DNA from: Patescibacteria group bacterium | GTDB lineage: Bacteria; Patescibacteriota; Microgenomatia; JAMCYU01 | Length of the DNA stretch: 62,416 nucleotides | Assembly (NCBI GenBank): GCA_023473585.1 | Contig: JAMCYU010000008.1 | Span: 1-62,416, forward strand | Direction of reading: 5' to 3' | In this document: positions 8,945 to 17,739 of the stretch, piece after piece | How the letters are laid out: every line of letters begins with the position of its first letter | Numbering within the stretch: position 1 is the first letter of the stretch | Notes under the pieces: model-generated | Databases searched by the model: none | Seen by the model: the letters and a program-made list of their open reading frames with translations, nothing else | Told to the model about the DNA's origin: nothing | Translations under genes and position numbers: made by a program

Positions 8945-9259
8945 TTATCCTTTAAAAATTAATTTTTTGCTAATTTTAGTTCTATCTACATGGAAAGCTG
9001 TTCTTTTCTCTCCATGAGTGGTACAAATAAATATTGTTCCAAAAACAACCCCGCACCTTGAGCAGAATAAAGTTTTGTCGTCTTGTCTTGCCAACCCTCA
9101 TTCCAGCACCTTATCGGGATAAATTTTCCTAAACATCCTGTGGGATAGACCGTCTTTTTGGTAAATTAATAATTTTCCTTTACAGATTATACACTTAACT
9201 AAATTGACAGTTGAGATATTACCTCTTGTCTCCCGATATTTGTCTCCTATAAGTTTCAT
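8945..9259 (-). pseudogene. Zinc-ribbon-like small ORF interrupted by one in-frame TGA
   Basis: Hand translation gives MKLIGDKYRETRGNISTVNLVKCIICKGKLLIYQKDGLSHRMFRKIYPDKVLE, then TGA at 9098-9100, then GLARQDDKTLFCSRCGVVFGTIFICTTHGEKRTAFHVDRTKISKKLIFKG*. CIIC and CSRC sit on either side of the stop. Both halves are below the track length cutoff. Confidence 0.3.
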
Positions 9260-9289
9260 AATTATGAGATTAAGTCCTGCATTTTCCTT

Positions 9290-11419
9290 TCAGGTTTTAC
9301 TTTTAATTTCATCTCGTCTCCAGGCGGCAAAGGTACAGGTCGGATAATTACGGCAACCGAAAAAGCTTCTGCCTTTTTTCGTTTTTTTGATGACGATGTT
9401 TCCCCCGCACTCGGGGCATTTAAGATCGGTTTTGTTGACAAAATTTTTCGTGAACTTGCACTCCGGAAATTTAGAACAGGCCAAAAACTTGCCAAATTTG
9501 CCCAGCCTTATAACCAAAGGCGCCCCGCACTTCTCGCACTTCTCGTCGGTTTCCTCAACCGGAACGGCCACCCTTTTGGCTTTCTCCAAAACCTCGTCCA
9601 GTTTTTTTTCAAAAGGAGTATAAAACTCGGAAAGCATCGGCTGCCATTCAACTTCACCGTTGGCAATGGCATCCAAATTATCTTCCATTTTCGCGGTAAA
9701 ATCGTAATCAACAATTTCCGCAAAGTTCGCGACCAAAAAATCATTGACGGTTGTCCCTAAAACCGTCGGCGCAAATTTTTTGCCCCGCCCGCCTCCTGAT
9801 GGGTCGGTTTTTTCCACATACTGGCGCTCCTGAATGGTCGAAATAATCGGCGCGTAAGTTGACGGCCGGCCAATCCCCTTTTCCTCCAAAGTTTTAATCA
9901 GGGTCGCTTCGGTGTATCTGGCCGGCGGTTCGGTAAAATGCTGGTTGGGCAAAAGTTGAAGGAGCGTTAAAAGCTCACCGATGGTTAAGGCCGGGATTTC
10001 ATTTCCCGTCCCCTCCTCCTCATCATTATTATTCCCATAAATTTTCTTCCAGCCGTCAAATTTTAAATTACTCCCTGTGGCGCGCAAAAGATAGTTGCCC
10101 GCGCTAATTTCCACTTTAGTTTCCTCAAAAACCGCTTCTTTCATTTGACAGGCAACAAACCTTTTCCAAATTAATTCGTAAAGCTTTTCTTCATCCCGAC
10201 TGATTCCTGATTCCTGATTCCTGATCTCTACTTTCGTCGGTCTGATCGCTTCGTGAGCTTCCTGGGCAACCTTGCTTTTCGTTTTATAAAAACGCGACGC
10301 CTCGGGCAAATAATTTGGGCCGTATTCGTGAACGATGAAATCGCGACAAGCCGAAACCGCCAATTGAGCCAAATTTAAAGAATCGGTCCGGTGATAGGTA
10401 ATTAGGCCCTGCTCGTATAAACTCTGGGCGACCTGCATCGTCCTTTTGCTTGTCCAGCCGAAAAGAACGGCCGCCGCCTGCTGCATCGTCGAGGTCGTAA
10501 ACGGCGGATAAGGATGCCTTAAAGCATCATTAATTTTGATTTCTTTAACCTGATAGGTTAATTTTTGTAAGTCGGCGACAATTTGCTCGGCCTGCTCTTT
10601 ATTTTTAATTTCCAATTTTTTCTCGTCTTGACTGACTAAATTAGCCAAGAAAGAGTTTTTAGTAATGGCGCGGGGAGGCACAAAATTTTTGAGGGTTTCA
10701 TTACGAGCGGCAATAGACTGTTTAACAGTTAGTGCCACATCCGCGAGAGATTTGGAACCCGAAAAAATTTTTGTGCCGACATCAGCGCCAACTTTATCGG
10801 ATATTAATTCCGCCTGAATCGTCCAATATTCTTCCGCTTTAAAAGCCTGAATTTCCCGTTCCCTTTCCACAATCAAACGAACCGCGACCGATTGCACTCT
10901 TCCGGCCGACAAGCCCCGCCTTATCTTTCTCCACAACAAGGGCGACAGTTTATAACCGACCAGCCTGTCTAAAATTCTTCGGGCTTGCTGGGCATCAACC
11001 AAATGAAGATCAATTTCCCGGGGATTTTTTAAAGCTTCTTTAATCGCTGACTCTGTGATTTCGTGAAAAACAATACGTTGGTATTTATTGGGAGTCTTGG
11101 TATTTATTGGGAGTATTTTGGAAACGTGCCAGGCAATCGCCTCTCCTTCCCGATCAGGGTCGGTCGCCAAAATAACCTGGCCGGCTTTTGGGGCATCTTT
11201 GACCAGTTTATCAATCGTTTCTTTTTTCTTGGGAATTAAAGCGTAATCTGGCAAAAAATCATAAGATTGGCCTTCTTTTTTCTTTTTAATTTCGATGCTC
11301 AATTTTTGAGAAGGCAGATCGCGAAGATGACCCATGGTCGCTTCGATTTGATAATCGCTGCCCAAGAAGCGACTTAAGGTCTTGGCTTTTGTCGGTGATT
11401 CAACAATAATTAAATTCAT
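9290..11419 (-). CDS. topA: DNA topoisomerase I
   Basis: 709 aa with a Toprim N-terminus, the active-site region ITYHRTDS, AQEAHEAIRPT, and two C-terminal C4 zinc ribbons. Confidence 0.95.
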   Translation of the reverse strand: MNLIIVESPTKAKTLSRFLGSDYQIEATMGHLRDLPSQKLSIEIKKKKEGQSYDFLPDYALIPKKKETIDKLVKDAPKAGQVILATDPDREGEAIAWHVSKILPINTKTPNKYQRIVFHEITESAIKEALKNPREIDLHLVDAQQARRILDRLVGYKLSPLLWRKIRRGLSAGRVQSVAVRLIVEREREIQAFKAEEYWTIQAELISDKVGADVGTKIFSGSKSLADVALTVKQSIAARNETLKNFVPPRAITKNSFLANLVSQDEKKLEIKNKEQAEQIVADLQKLTYQVKEIKINDALRHPYPPFTTSTMQQAAAVLFGWTSKRTMQVAQSLYEQGLITYHRTDSLNLAQLAVSACRDFIVHEYGPNYLPEASRFYKTKSKVAQEAHEAIRPTKVEIRNQESGISRDEEKLYELIWKRFVACQMKEAVFEETKVEISAGNYLLRATGSNLKFDGWKKIYGNNNDEEEGTGNEIPALTIGELLTLLQLLPNQHFTEPPARYTEATLIKTLEEKGIGRPSTYAPIISTIQERQYVEKTDPSGGGRGKKFAPTVLGTTVNDFLVANFAEIVDYDFTAKMEDNLDAIANGEVEWQPMLSEFYTPFEKKLDEVLEKAKRVAVPVEETDEKCEKCGAPLVIRLGKFGKFLACSKFPECKFTKNFVNKTDLKCPECGGNIVIKKTKKGRSFFGCRNYPTCTFAAWRRDEIKSKT

Positions 11420-11434
11420 TTTATAGTCATTAGA

Positions 11435-12529
11435 TTATTTGTTTATTGTGTACACCATTCCGCCCAGATTTTTGACCTTGCCTTTAATTTCCATTAAGGT
11501 CAAAAGGCTGGCAATCCTTCCTGCTTCCATACCAGATATTCTAACAAGACTGTCAATATGCAGACGTTCGTTTTCCAAAATCTGCAGAATTTTTTCTTCC
11601 TCGGGATTTTCCGGGATAATTTTTTTTGCCTTTTGACTTTTAATTTTTGATTTGATGTCAAGTTCTTCCAGTATATCAGAAACATGATAAACCAATTTCG
11701 CCCCTTCTTTAATCAGAATCGAGGAGGCTGCCGAAAGATAACTGGTAATCGGCCCGGGCACGGCAAAAACCTCACGACCCTGGTTCGCCGCATCCCGGGC
11801 GGTAATTAAGGCTCCGGAGTCCTCGGCGCCTTCAGTAACGACCACGCCTAAGGAAAGACCGGCGATAATCCGGTTGCGGGCAGGAAAAATACCTTTGGCC
11901 ACGTATTGTCCGGGCGCCACTTCGGAAACAACCGCACCATGCAAAATTATTTGTTCATAAAGGGCTTTATTCTCCGGTGGATAGACCAAATCGACTCCGC
12001 AGCCTAAGACGGCAATCGTCCGGCCGGCGGCCTCAAGAGCGATTTTATGAGCTAAAGAATCAACCCCTCTGGCCAAGCCGGAAACGATGGTCAGGCCCGA
12101 GGCGACGAGATCGCGGGTCAAAATTTCGGTCACTTCCCGGCCGTAAGCAGAGATTTTTCTGGTGCCGACAATGGCCACGGCCAGCTCGTCTTCGATTTTG
12201 ATTTGCCCCTTTATATATAGTACCGGCGGACAATCGCTAATCTGCCGCAATGAATCCGGGTAATTTTTGTCTTTTAGGGTTAAAATCGTGATGCCTTTTT
12301 TCTTCACTTCTTCGTAAAAACCTTGGGGGTTAAATTTTTGCCGGAAGATTAAAAATTGAGAAACGAGGTTGGCCCCAAGGCCGGTTTTTAAAAGTGTCTC
12401 TTCGTTAGCTTCATAGGCTTTTTGCGCTTTGCCGAAATATTTTAAAAGAAGTTTGAATCTTTGCGGGCCGATGCCGGAGAAAAAATTAAACGCCAACCAA
12501 AAAGGCAGGTCTTTTTGCATTAATAACAA
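11435..12529 (-). CDS. dprA: DNA processing protein DprA/Smf
   Basis: Motifs GLARGVDSLAHK and VLGCGVDLVYPPEN, with a C-terminal winged-helix-like tail. Confidence 0.9.
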   Translation of the reverse strand: MLLMQKDLPFWLAFNFFSGIGPQRFKLLLKYFGKAQKAYEANEETLLKTGLGANLVSQFLIFRQKFNPQGFYEEVKKKGITILTLKDKNYPDSLRQISDCPPVLYIKGQIKIEDELAVAIVGTRKISAYGREVTEILTRDLVASGLTIVSGLARGVDSLAHKIALEAAGRTIAVLGCGVDLVYPPENKALYEQIILHGAVVSEVAPGQYVAKGIFPARNRIIAGLSLGVVVTEGAEDSGALITARDAANQGREVFAVPGPITSYLSAASSILIKEGAKLVYHVSDILEELDIKSKIKSQKAKKIIPENPEEEKILQILENERLHIDSLVRISGMEAGRIASLLTLMEIKGKVKNLGGMVYTINK

Positions 12530-12549
12530 TTTAACAGGTTATTTTAAAT

Positions 12550-12578
12550 TTGACAAGGCAAATAATGTGCCTTATAAT
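12550..12578 (+). promoter_or_regulatory. Sigma70-type promoter for the small-protein genes P1-P3
   Basis: TTGACA (12550-12555), a 17-nt spacer, then TATAAT (12573-12578), 40 nt upstream of the P1 ATG. Confidence 0.55.
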
Positions 12579-12618
12579 CGGCCAATCCTAATTTCTGTCC
12601 GGAAAGGAGAAATAAAAG

Positions 12619-12840
12619 ATGCCAAGTCCTATCGAAGCAAAATCAGTCGTCTTGGTTCTTTTTGGAGTTGACCCCAGAACAGGCAACCGTACGGTTAGTC
12701 CGAAAACACGCCAGTGTCCTCAAGGCTGTTTGGGAAATAGAGCGTTTGACCCTGATAAACAATGCTATTCGGGCATGACGAAACGTGGTTTTAATTGCGA
12801 CGGTAAAGAAATTGTGCCTAATCCTTCTAAAAATATATAA
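12619..12840 (+). CDS. Small protein P1 (73 aa)
   Basis: Track ORF. It is preceded by CTGTCCGGAAAGGA (12595-12608), which includes an AAGGAG SD. N-terminus MPSPIE. Contains CPQGC. Confidence 0.5.
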   Translation: MPSPIEAKSVVLVLFGVDPRTGNRTVSPKTRQCPQGCLGNRAFDPDKQCYSGMTKRGFNCDGKEIVPNPSKNI

Positions 12841-12872
12841 AGTTTTATAAACTGTCCGGAAAGGAAAAATAA

Positions 12873-13091
12873 ATGTCACCACATTTTGAAACGGTTAAGG
12901 GCGATAATATCATGCTTTTCCATAATCCAATCTCGCAGGATAAAGAAGGAGCGAGAAGAAGACACGCCGACGCTCAAAACTATGCCAATGAACACCAGGT
13001 CGAAGTTGTGGAAGTTGCCGACGGTCGGGGCCAACCTTGTGCTGCGTGCAAGGATATAAGCAATCGTTATCAACCGCAAACTCAAAAATAA
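12873..13091 (+). CDS. Small protein P2 (72 aa)
   Basis: Track ORF. It is preceded by an identical CTGTCCGGAAAGGA (12852-12865). N-terminus MSPHFE. Contains CAAC. Confidence 0.45.
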   Translation: MSPHFETVKGDNIMLFHNPISQDKEGARRRHADAQNYANEHQVEVVEVADGRGQPCAACKDISNRYQPQTQK

Positions 13092-13115
13092 AAGATTTTA
13101 AGAGAAAGGAAATTT

Positions 13116-13346
13116 ATGCCACCAGCTCTTGAATGTCGTCTTTGTCACTATAGAATTAAAACAACTAAAGAACCGGCAACAGTAAAACAAATGGTAAATC
13201 TGCTTACGGCAACCAAAGTCCATGAAGCCGCGGCTGGACATGTAAATAATCAAGAAGAAGAACCCATAAGCCACTGGAATTATTATCCAGAAACACCCAA
13301 AACGCCCGCTTTCAATTCCAAAGACGTCGTTGTTATCAACGGTTAA
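13116..13346 (+). CDS. Small protein P3 (76 aa), paralog of P4
   Basis: Track ORF with SD GAAAGGAAA. MPPALECRLCHYRIKT..ATVKQM..HEAAA aligns with P4 MSPAIECKDCGKRFKT..ATPEEM..HAAV. Confidence 0.5.
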   Translation: MPPALECRLCHYRIKTTKEPATVKQMVNLLTATKVHEAAAGHVNNQEEEPISHWNYYPETPKTPAFNSKDVVVING

Positions 13347-13357
13347 ACCATTCTTCC
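13342..13357. repeat. 16-nt exact copy of the mrdA 3' end (att-like scar, copy 0)
   Basis: GTTAAACCATTCTTCC is identical to 18989-19004. It overlaps the P3 stop codon. Confidence 0.6.
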
Positions 13358-13382
13358 GGCACACTGCAACTTTACTAGCTTT

Positions 13383-14021
13383 TTATAGAAAAAATTCTAC
13401 GTCTTGATTATAAAGATTTGAAGGTTTTTTATTTGGGTGACGTTTTAAATATTGAGCAATTAAGTTGAACCCAACTGTATATCCTGCCCACCGAGGAATT
13501 TTCTCTTTTTTTGATCCAAAAAACCAAGCCTCATGATTGTAAGACAAATCATTATACTGCCCTTTGGCACGTTTGCTTAGATCTCTTAATTGTTTTTTAT
13601 CAAGTGCTACATCCCATTTTTCTGGTCTTTTTTTATTTACTTCGATATCAAAATGGTCCGCTAGCCCTTCGTTTATAAGAGCTCCAAATAGTGTCTGTTT
13701 TTTTCTATATCTATATTTTCTAATGCAATGGTACAATTCATGAGCGATTATCCTCGGAAGATTTTCTTTTAGACTTTCTTCAAGTTTATTGAATTCAGGA
13801 TTTATAGAAATCATTATAAGATTTACTGTTGCGGAATATCCGCCTACCCCCAAATGTTGAATTATTCCCTTTGTACCACCGTCATAAAAAATAATATCGA
13901 CATTATCTATCGGGATAAGTTTAACAATAGAATCTATGGAAGACTTTGAAACCTTTTTTATTGCATGTTCAAAAGGTTTTAATCTGCCACTCGCATGAAG
14001 TATTTGAGGTTTGATGTTCAT
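13383..14021 (-). CDS. DUF2268-like predicted Zn metalloprotease
   Basis: AHELYHCIR (HExxH) followed by NEGLADHF. Confidence 0.7.
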   Translation of the reverse strand: MNIKPQILHASGRLKPFEHAIKKVSKSSIDSIVKLIPIDNVDIIFYDGGTKGIIQHLGVGGYSATVNLIMISINPEFNKLEESLKENLPRIIAHELYHCIRKYRYRKKQTLFGALINEGLADHFDIEVNKKRPEKWDVALDKKQLRDLSKRAKGQYNDLSYNHEAWFFGSKKEKIPRWAGYTVGFNLIAQYLKRHPNKKPSNLYNQDVEFFL

Positions 14022-14123
14022 AATTATATTATTAAAAATAGACTTCAGACTTTTTACCTTGTGACGTTTGAGTTTCTAAAAACTTGACAGGCTTCTGTCA
14101 GATATTTAAAAGGAATTAAACTT

Positions 14124-14648
14124 CTATTGATAACGAATAATTTTCCCTAATACAATTTCACTTTCATATCCATAATTAGTTTTAACAGATTTTACTTTTT
14201 CGCCTTCTACTATATATCCAAGATTTAGAAAAAACCTCAAGGTTTTAGTCGATGTTTTGCGAATTGATACTTCTATTTTTTCTATTTGTATTTGAGGAGC
14301 CATTTTTTCTATCTGAAAAATTAATTTATTTCCAACGTGATTATTTTGATATTCAGGTAATACTCCTATTAATAACAAACCAATGTGTTTTTGAAACTTT
14401 AAAGATCTTCTTGTTAGGGTCACCCAACCGATAATTTTTTGATTAATCAGTGCGAAAATCGTAATATTATGTTTCATATTTTCTTCAAGATAGCCCTCTA
14501 GATTTTCTTCGTTAAATGGATACATATCGGTTAAATAGTTTAACCCATCGTTCATTAAATTATTGAACAATTCAATTGCAGATGGTTCATCTCCGTGTTG
14601 GGCTATTCTAAAAAACAGATTATCCATATTTTTACTTTTTGCATTCAT
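14124..14648 (-). CDS. GNAT family N-acetyltransferase
   Basis: 174 aa with the acetyl-CoA pocket region LLLIGVLPEYQNNHVGNKL. Confidence 0.75.
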   Translation of the reverse strand: MNAKSKNMDNLFFRIAQHGDEPSAIELFNNLMNDGLNYLTDMYPFNEENLEGYLEENMKHNITIFALINQKIIGWVTLTRRSLKFQKHIGLLLIGVLPEYQNNHVGNKLIFQIEKMAPQIQIEKIEVSIRKTSTKTLRFFLNLGYIVEGEKVKSVKTNYGYESEIVLGKIIRYQ

Positions 14649-15258
14649 TATTAAGAATTGAAAATAACAAAGAGTCTCTATACGTCTGATTTCTGGGCAT
14701 CCATATATTGCCCCTTATGTATCCTTCATATTTCATGCCGGTTTTTTGCATCGTCCTTTTTGACGAAATATTACCTGGATCACATGTTGCCCAAATTCTG
14801 TGTAATCCCAGGTCTTCAAATCCAAAATTCAACATCGCCGATTGAACCTCTGTGCCTAGTCCATTGCCCCACTCTTCTTTTTTTAGGAAAATTCCCCACT
14901 CCGCAGATCGATTCGCCATATTCACTTGAAGGCTTGTATATCCTATTAATTCTTTTGACGTTTTTAACATCACTGCTAATCCGTAATTGGTTCTGGGGGT
15001 TCTCTTTTGATTTCCAATAACCCTTAATATAAAAGACTTTGCTTGACCTATCGTAATATATGGTCTCCAAGATACATATTTTGTTACGTCTGGATCAGAA
15101 AATATCTTATACAATGCTTCGGCATCGTCTAGAGCAAATTCACGAATAAATAATCGTGGGGTTATTAATACCAGCTCTTTTCTTGTTGGGAATTCGTTTT
15201 CAATATTTGTCACTATATTTATTACCACACTACGATATTCTCTCCCCCATACTAACAT
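14632..15258 (-). CDS. GNAT N-acetyltransferase, RimJ/RimL-like
   Basis: ITPRLFIREFALDDAEALYKIFSDPDVTKY and WGNGLGTE are typical of the RimJ/RimL subgroup. It overlaps the downstream GNAT gene by 17 nt. Confidence 0.8.
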   Translation of the reverse strand: MLVWGREYRSVVINIVTNIENEFPTRKELVLITPRLFIREFALDDAEALYKIFSDPDVTKYVSWRPYITIGQAKSFILRVIGNQKRTPRTNYGLAVMLKTSKELIGYTSLQVNMANRSAEWGIFLKKEEWGNGLGTEVQSAMLNFGFEDLGLHRIWATCDPGNISSKRTMQKTGMKYEGYIRGNIWMPRNQTYRDSLLFSILNNECKK

Positions 15259-15351
15259 GTTTAAGAGGGAATATATTTGTTCGAATCAATTTTATTTACC
15301 TTGCTCTTCTCACTTTTCCGCTGGTTACGGCTATTTTTTTAGCTCTATTTT

Positions 15352-15474
15352 TCATGTATCCATCGTCACAAGAACATCCTGAGCTGTCTGAATTGCATTC
15401 ACAATCTCTGGCCCCCCAAATTCTTTTGTGTAGCTTACTAATGGCCGAGCATTTTTCATTTCTATATTAATCAT
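15352..15474 (-). CDS. Unlisted 40-aa ORF between the SagB-like and GNAT genes (weak precursor-peptide candidate)
   Basis: Hand translation gives MINIEMKNARPLVSYTKEFGGPEIVNAIQTAQDVLVTMDT*. AGGAGG lies 11 nt upstream, inside the SagB stop region. It has no Cys and few Ser/Thr, so it is doubtful as an azole substrate. Confidence 0.3.
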   Translation of the reverse strand: MINIEMKNARPLVSYTKEFGGPEIVNAIQTAQDVLVTMDT

Positions 15475-15482
15475 TTAATATA

Positions 15483-16244
15483 TCACCTCCTTTCAAAAAT
15501 TTGCCTTTTACCAATTGCTAAGACCATTATGGTGGATTCTTCTATTCCGTCAATATCAAGTAAATTATTGATTTTATCATCCAAAAAACCACCTATTGCA
15601 CAACAGCCTAATTTTAATGACGTAGAAACAAGGTAGGCGTTTTGAGACATGTGCCCAGCATCAATCATGACAAATCGATATCCTCTAAGGCTATATTTCA
15701 TCTCTGACCGCCAAAAAACACTTGTAAATAGTAAAAGCAAGGCTGCGTGTTTTATCCATGGCTGATCAAAGCAGCTAAATATATTAGATTCAAAATTCTT
15801 CCCCGTCCAAAGATATTCTAAAGAATGGCTAATTACATTATAGTGATATATACCTTTATTCAGATTGTTGATATTTAGTATTACTGGATAAACTTCAATC
15901 GGATATCGCGCTCCCGCAGAGGGATAGAATCTATTATTTTTCTCCTTTCTTTGACCGAATGAATAAAAGAGTAAAGAAGAAAAAACGTTTTGGCTCAAAG
16001 ACTCATTGGAAAAATCACGAATACTAGATCTTTTGATTAGACACTTATCTAAAGAGGGTAAATCTTTTATAATGGGGGCTAATTTTATTTTATTAAAACG
16101 AGGGTAGGTTTTATAATGAATTTCCGTCCATTCTCTCGGCCATTCGCCTGGCTTATGTTTATTACCGACAAAATCTCTAGTTTTTGTCTTATCGTGAAAT
16201 TCTTGCGTAGTCGAATATTTAATATGTGGCAAGTTTTTATCCAT
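15483..16244 (-). CDS. SagB-type (nitroreductase-fold) dehydrogenase
   Basis: Hallmark FYPSAGARYPIEVY, within a 253-aa nitroreductase-like layout. Confidence 0.85.
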   Translation of the reverse strand: MDKNLPHIKYSTTQEFHDKTKTRDFVGNKHKPGEWPREWTEIHYKTYPRFNKIKLAPIIKDLPSLDKCLIKRSSIRDFSNESLSQNVFSSLLFYSFGQRKEKNNRFYPSAGARYPIEVYPVILNINNLNKGIYHYNVISHSLEYLWTGKNFESNIFSCFDQPWIKHAALLLLFTSVFWRSEMKYSLRGYRFVMIDAGHMSQNAYLVSTSLKLGCCAIGGFLDDKINNLLDIDGIEESTIMVLAIGKRQIFERR

Positions 16245-16249
16245 GTTTA

Positions 16250-17599
16250 TTATATAAAAGGGTGCGGAATATTATTAATAGGCTTCTCAACCTTATAACC
16301 AAGTAGTTTTGGAACCTCGTATAGTCTTTTAACCCCTAAGTATTTATATGCCTCGTCAACATAAAATGGGTAGAGTTCGGGAATAATAACTTTTATTACA
16401 TAAAATCCTGTAGCTCCTATAGGCTTTGGGGTTAAATTTACAAAATATGTTCTTAAATGATTTTCTTCTAATATTTTTAAGACTTCTTTTAAGATTGGTC
16501 CAGAATCGTAATTTGTAAATTTGGGGTATTTTTTTAATTTTTTCGGTTTTTGTTTTGTCCAGAAATCAAGGTACTTCAATTTAGATTGATCATACCAATA
16601 CATCCCTCTATCTTCTGCACTAGATATTTCTTCTGGATTTATTTTTTGAGTTTTTATATGATGATATTCGTAATATTCTCTCATCCATCCAATGACATGT
16701 AAACTTTCTTCAAAAGAATTGCAAATGGCTTTGTATGGGTCAAGATTAGATTTAAGCCCGATAGTAACAGGGTCACCGATACCAGTTCTATCTATCAACA
16801 GTGTGGCAAATGAAGGAATATTTATATCTGTAGTTATGTCAATAACATGTGCCTCTAGCCTATATCTTTTAGTAATATCAATAATCTTTTGGATTGATTT
16901 TCTATTTATTTTAGATAAATCTACTTTATAACCATGTAATCTCTTCAAATAGTGGATCATGAATGAATCTCTTTCAATTGTTTCATATATTCCTCTTAAA
17001 ATAGCTGCTGCCTTACTTCCTCCGCCGGCTGTTCCAGTGCTTATGTTTAACCTTATATATCTTTCTCCCGCTATCGGTCTATAGTTAAAATAGATCAATT
17101 GCGCCGGTATGAATTTACTGGTTATTGTCTCTGGGCTTATTTCAAAACCCTTCATCCATGAAAAAACAGAATTGTTGTCAAAATTAAATATCTCGAATCC
17201 TTTTTCCAAAAGTTGTTTTTTTGAAAAAGCCGAAAAATCTTTTGGGTCGACCGCTTTGTTTTTTCCTAATTCAGAGAAACTATTCTTTATAAAATTTGAT
17301 TGAAAATATGAACTAGAATAATATCTTTCGAGAGCTTCAGCGACACACTTTAAATATGCTTCCTTTTCAGAAAATAAAGATGTTCCGCCGCTATTGTCTC
17401 GGCTTCTTGGATTTCCGTCACCCGTTTTTTTAGAGACTTCTTTTACCCTACATATAAAATGAAAAAATTTAGGCTCATCATTATACAGGGGAACTCTATA
17501 TATATTTTCGATAAAGCTCAACTGGGGAATAATTTTACAAAAGGAAGTAAGCAACTTGTCAATCGATTTTTCCGAATCGCGGAATAAAAGCTGGTCCAT
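16250..17599 (-). CDS. YcaO-domain cyclodehydratase-like protein
   Basis: The YcaO core starts at SGGTSLFSEKEAYLKCVAEALERYY. The Pro-rich C-terminal tail IPHPFI resembles the PxPxP end of azoline-forming YcaOs. No E1-like or Ocin-ThiF partner was seen. Confidence 0.85.
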   Translation of the reverse strand: MDQLLFRDSEKSIDKLLTSFCKIIPQLSFIENIYRVPLYNDEPKFFHFICRVKEVSKKTGDGNPRSRDNSGGTSLFSEKEAYLKCVAEALERYYSSSYFQSNFIKNSFSELGKNKAVDPKDFSAFSKKQLLEKGFEIFNFDNNSVFSWMKGFEISPETITSKFIPAQLIYFNYRPIAGERYIRLNISTGTAGGGSKAAAILRGIYETIERDSFMIHYLKRLHGYKVDLSKINRKSIQKIIDITKRYRLEAHVIDITTDINIPSFATLLIDRTGIGDPVTIGLKSNLDPYKAICNSFEESLHVIGWMREYYEYHHIKTQKINPEEISSAEDRGMYWYDQSKLKYLDFWTKQKPKKLKKYPKFTNYDSGPILKEVLKILEENHLRTYFVNLTPKPIGATGFYVIKVIIPELYPFYVDEAYKYLGVKRLYEVPKLLGYKVEKPINNIPHPFI

Positions 17600-17612
17600 A
17601 TATAATAATTAG

Positions 17613-17641
17613 ATTATACTACCAATGTAAATTAAATTCAA
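17613..17641 (-). promoter_or_regulatory. Promoter of the YcaO operon (near-leaderless)
   Basis: On the minus strand: TTGAAT (17641-17636), a 17-nt spacer, then TATAAT (17618-17613). The YcaO ATG at 17599 lies only 13 nt after the -10 box. Confidence 0.5.
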
Positions 17642-17700
17642 CAAATTGTATGGGTTGCGGATTTTTTCGCCATTCTTATAAAATAGACTCTCTTTACCTT

Positions 17701-17739
17701 ACCTGTTAAACCACTCTTCCAAAATCTTTTTGGCGATCA
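17701..17739. repeat. 39-nt copy of the mrdA 3' end (att-like scar, copy 1)
   Basis: ACCTGTTAAACCACTCTTCCAAAATCTTTTTGGCGATC has 2 mismatches against 18985-19023. On the minus strand it still encodes ..AKKILEEWFNR*, the same as the true mrdA C-terminus. Confidence 0.8.

Noticed and set aside
9262-9744. Three short ORFs (9262-9495, 9387-9623, 9508-9744) inside or antisense to the topA 3' end
   Set aside because: They are alternative-frame or antisense shadows of a well-supported 709-aa topoisomerase I gene with intact zinc ribbons in this region.
12619-13346. Confident assignment of P1-P3 as TOMM precursor peptides
   Set aside because: The cores are not Cys/Ser/Thr-rich. The genes are on the opposite strand and lie outside the att-like repeat that bounds the YcaO cassette. 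I keep this only as a low-probability hypothesis in the findings.
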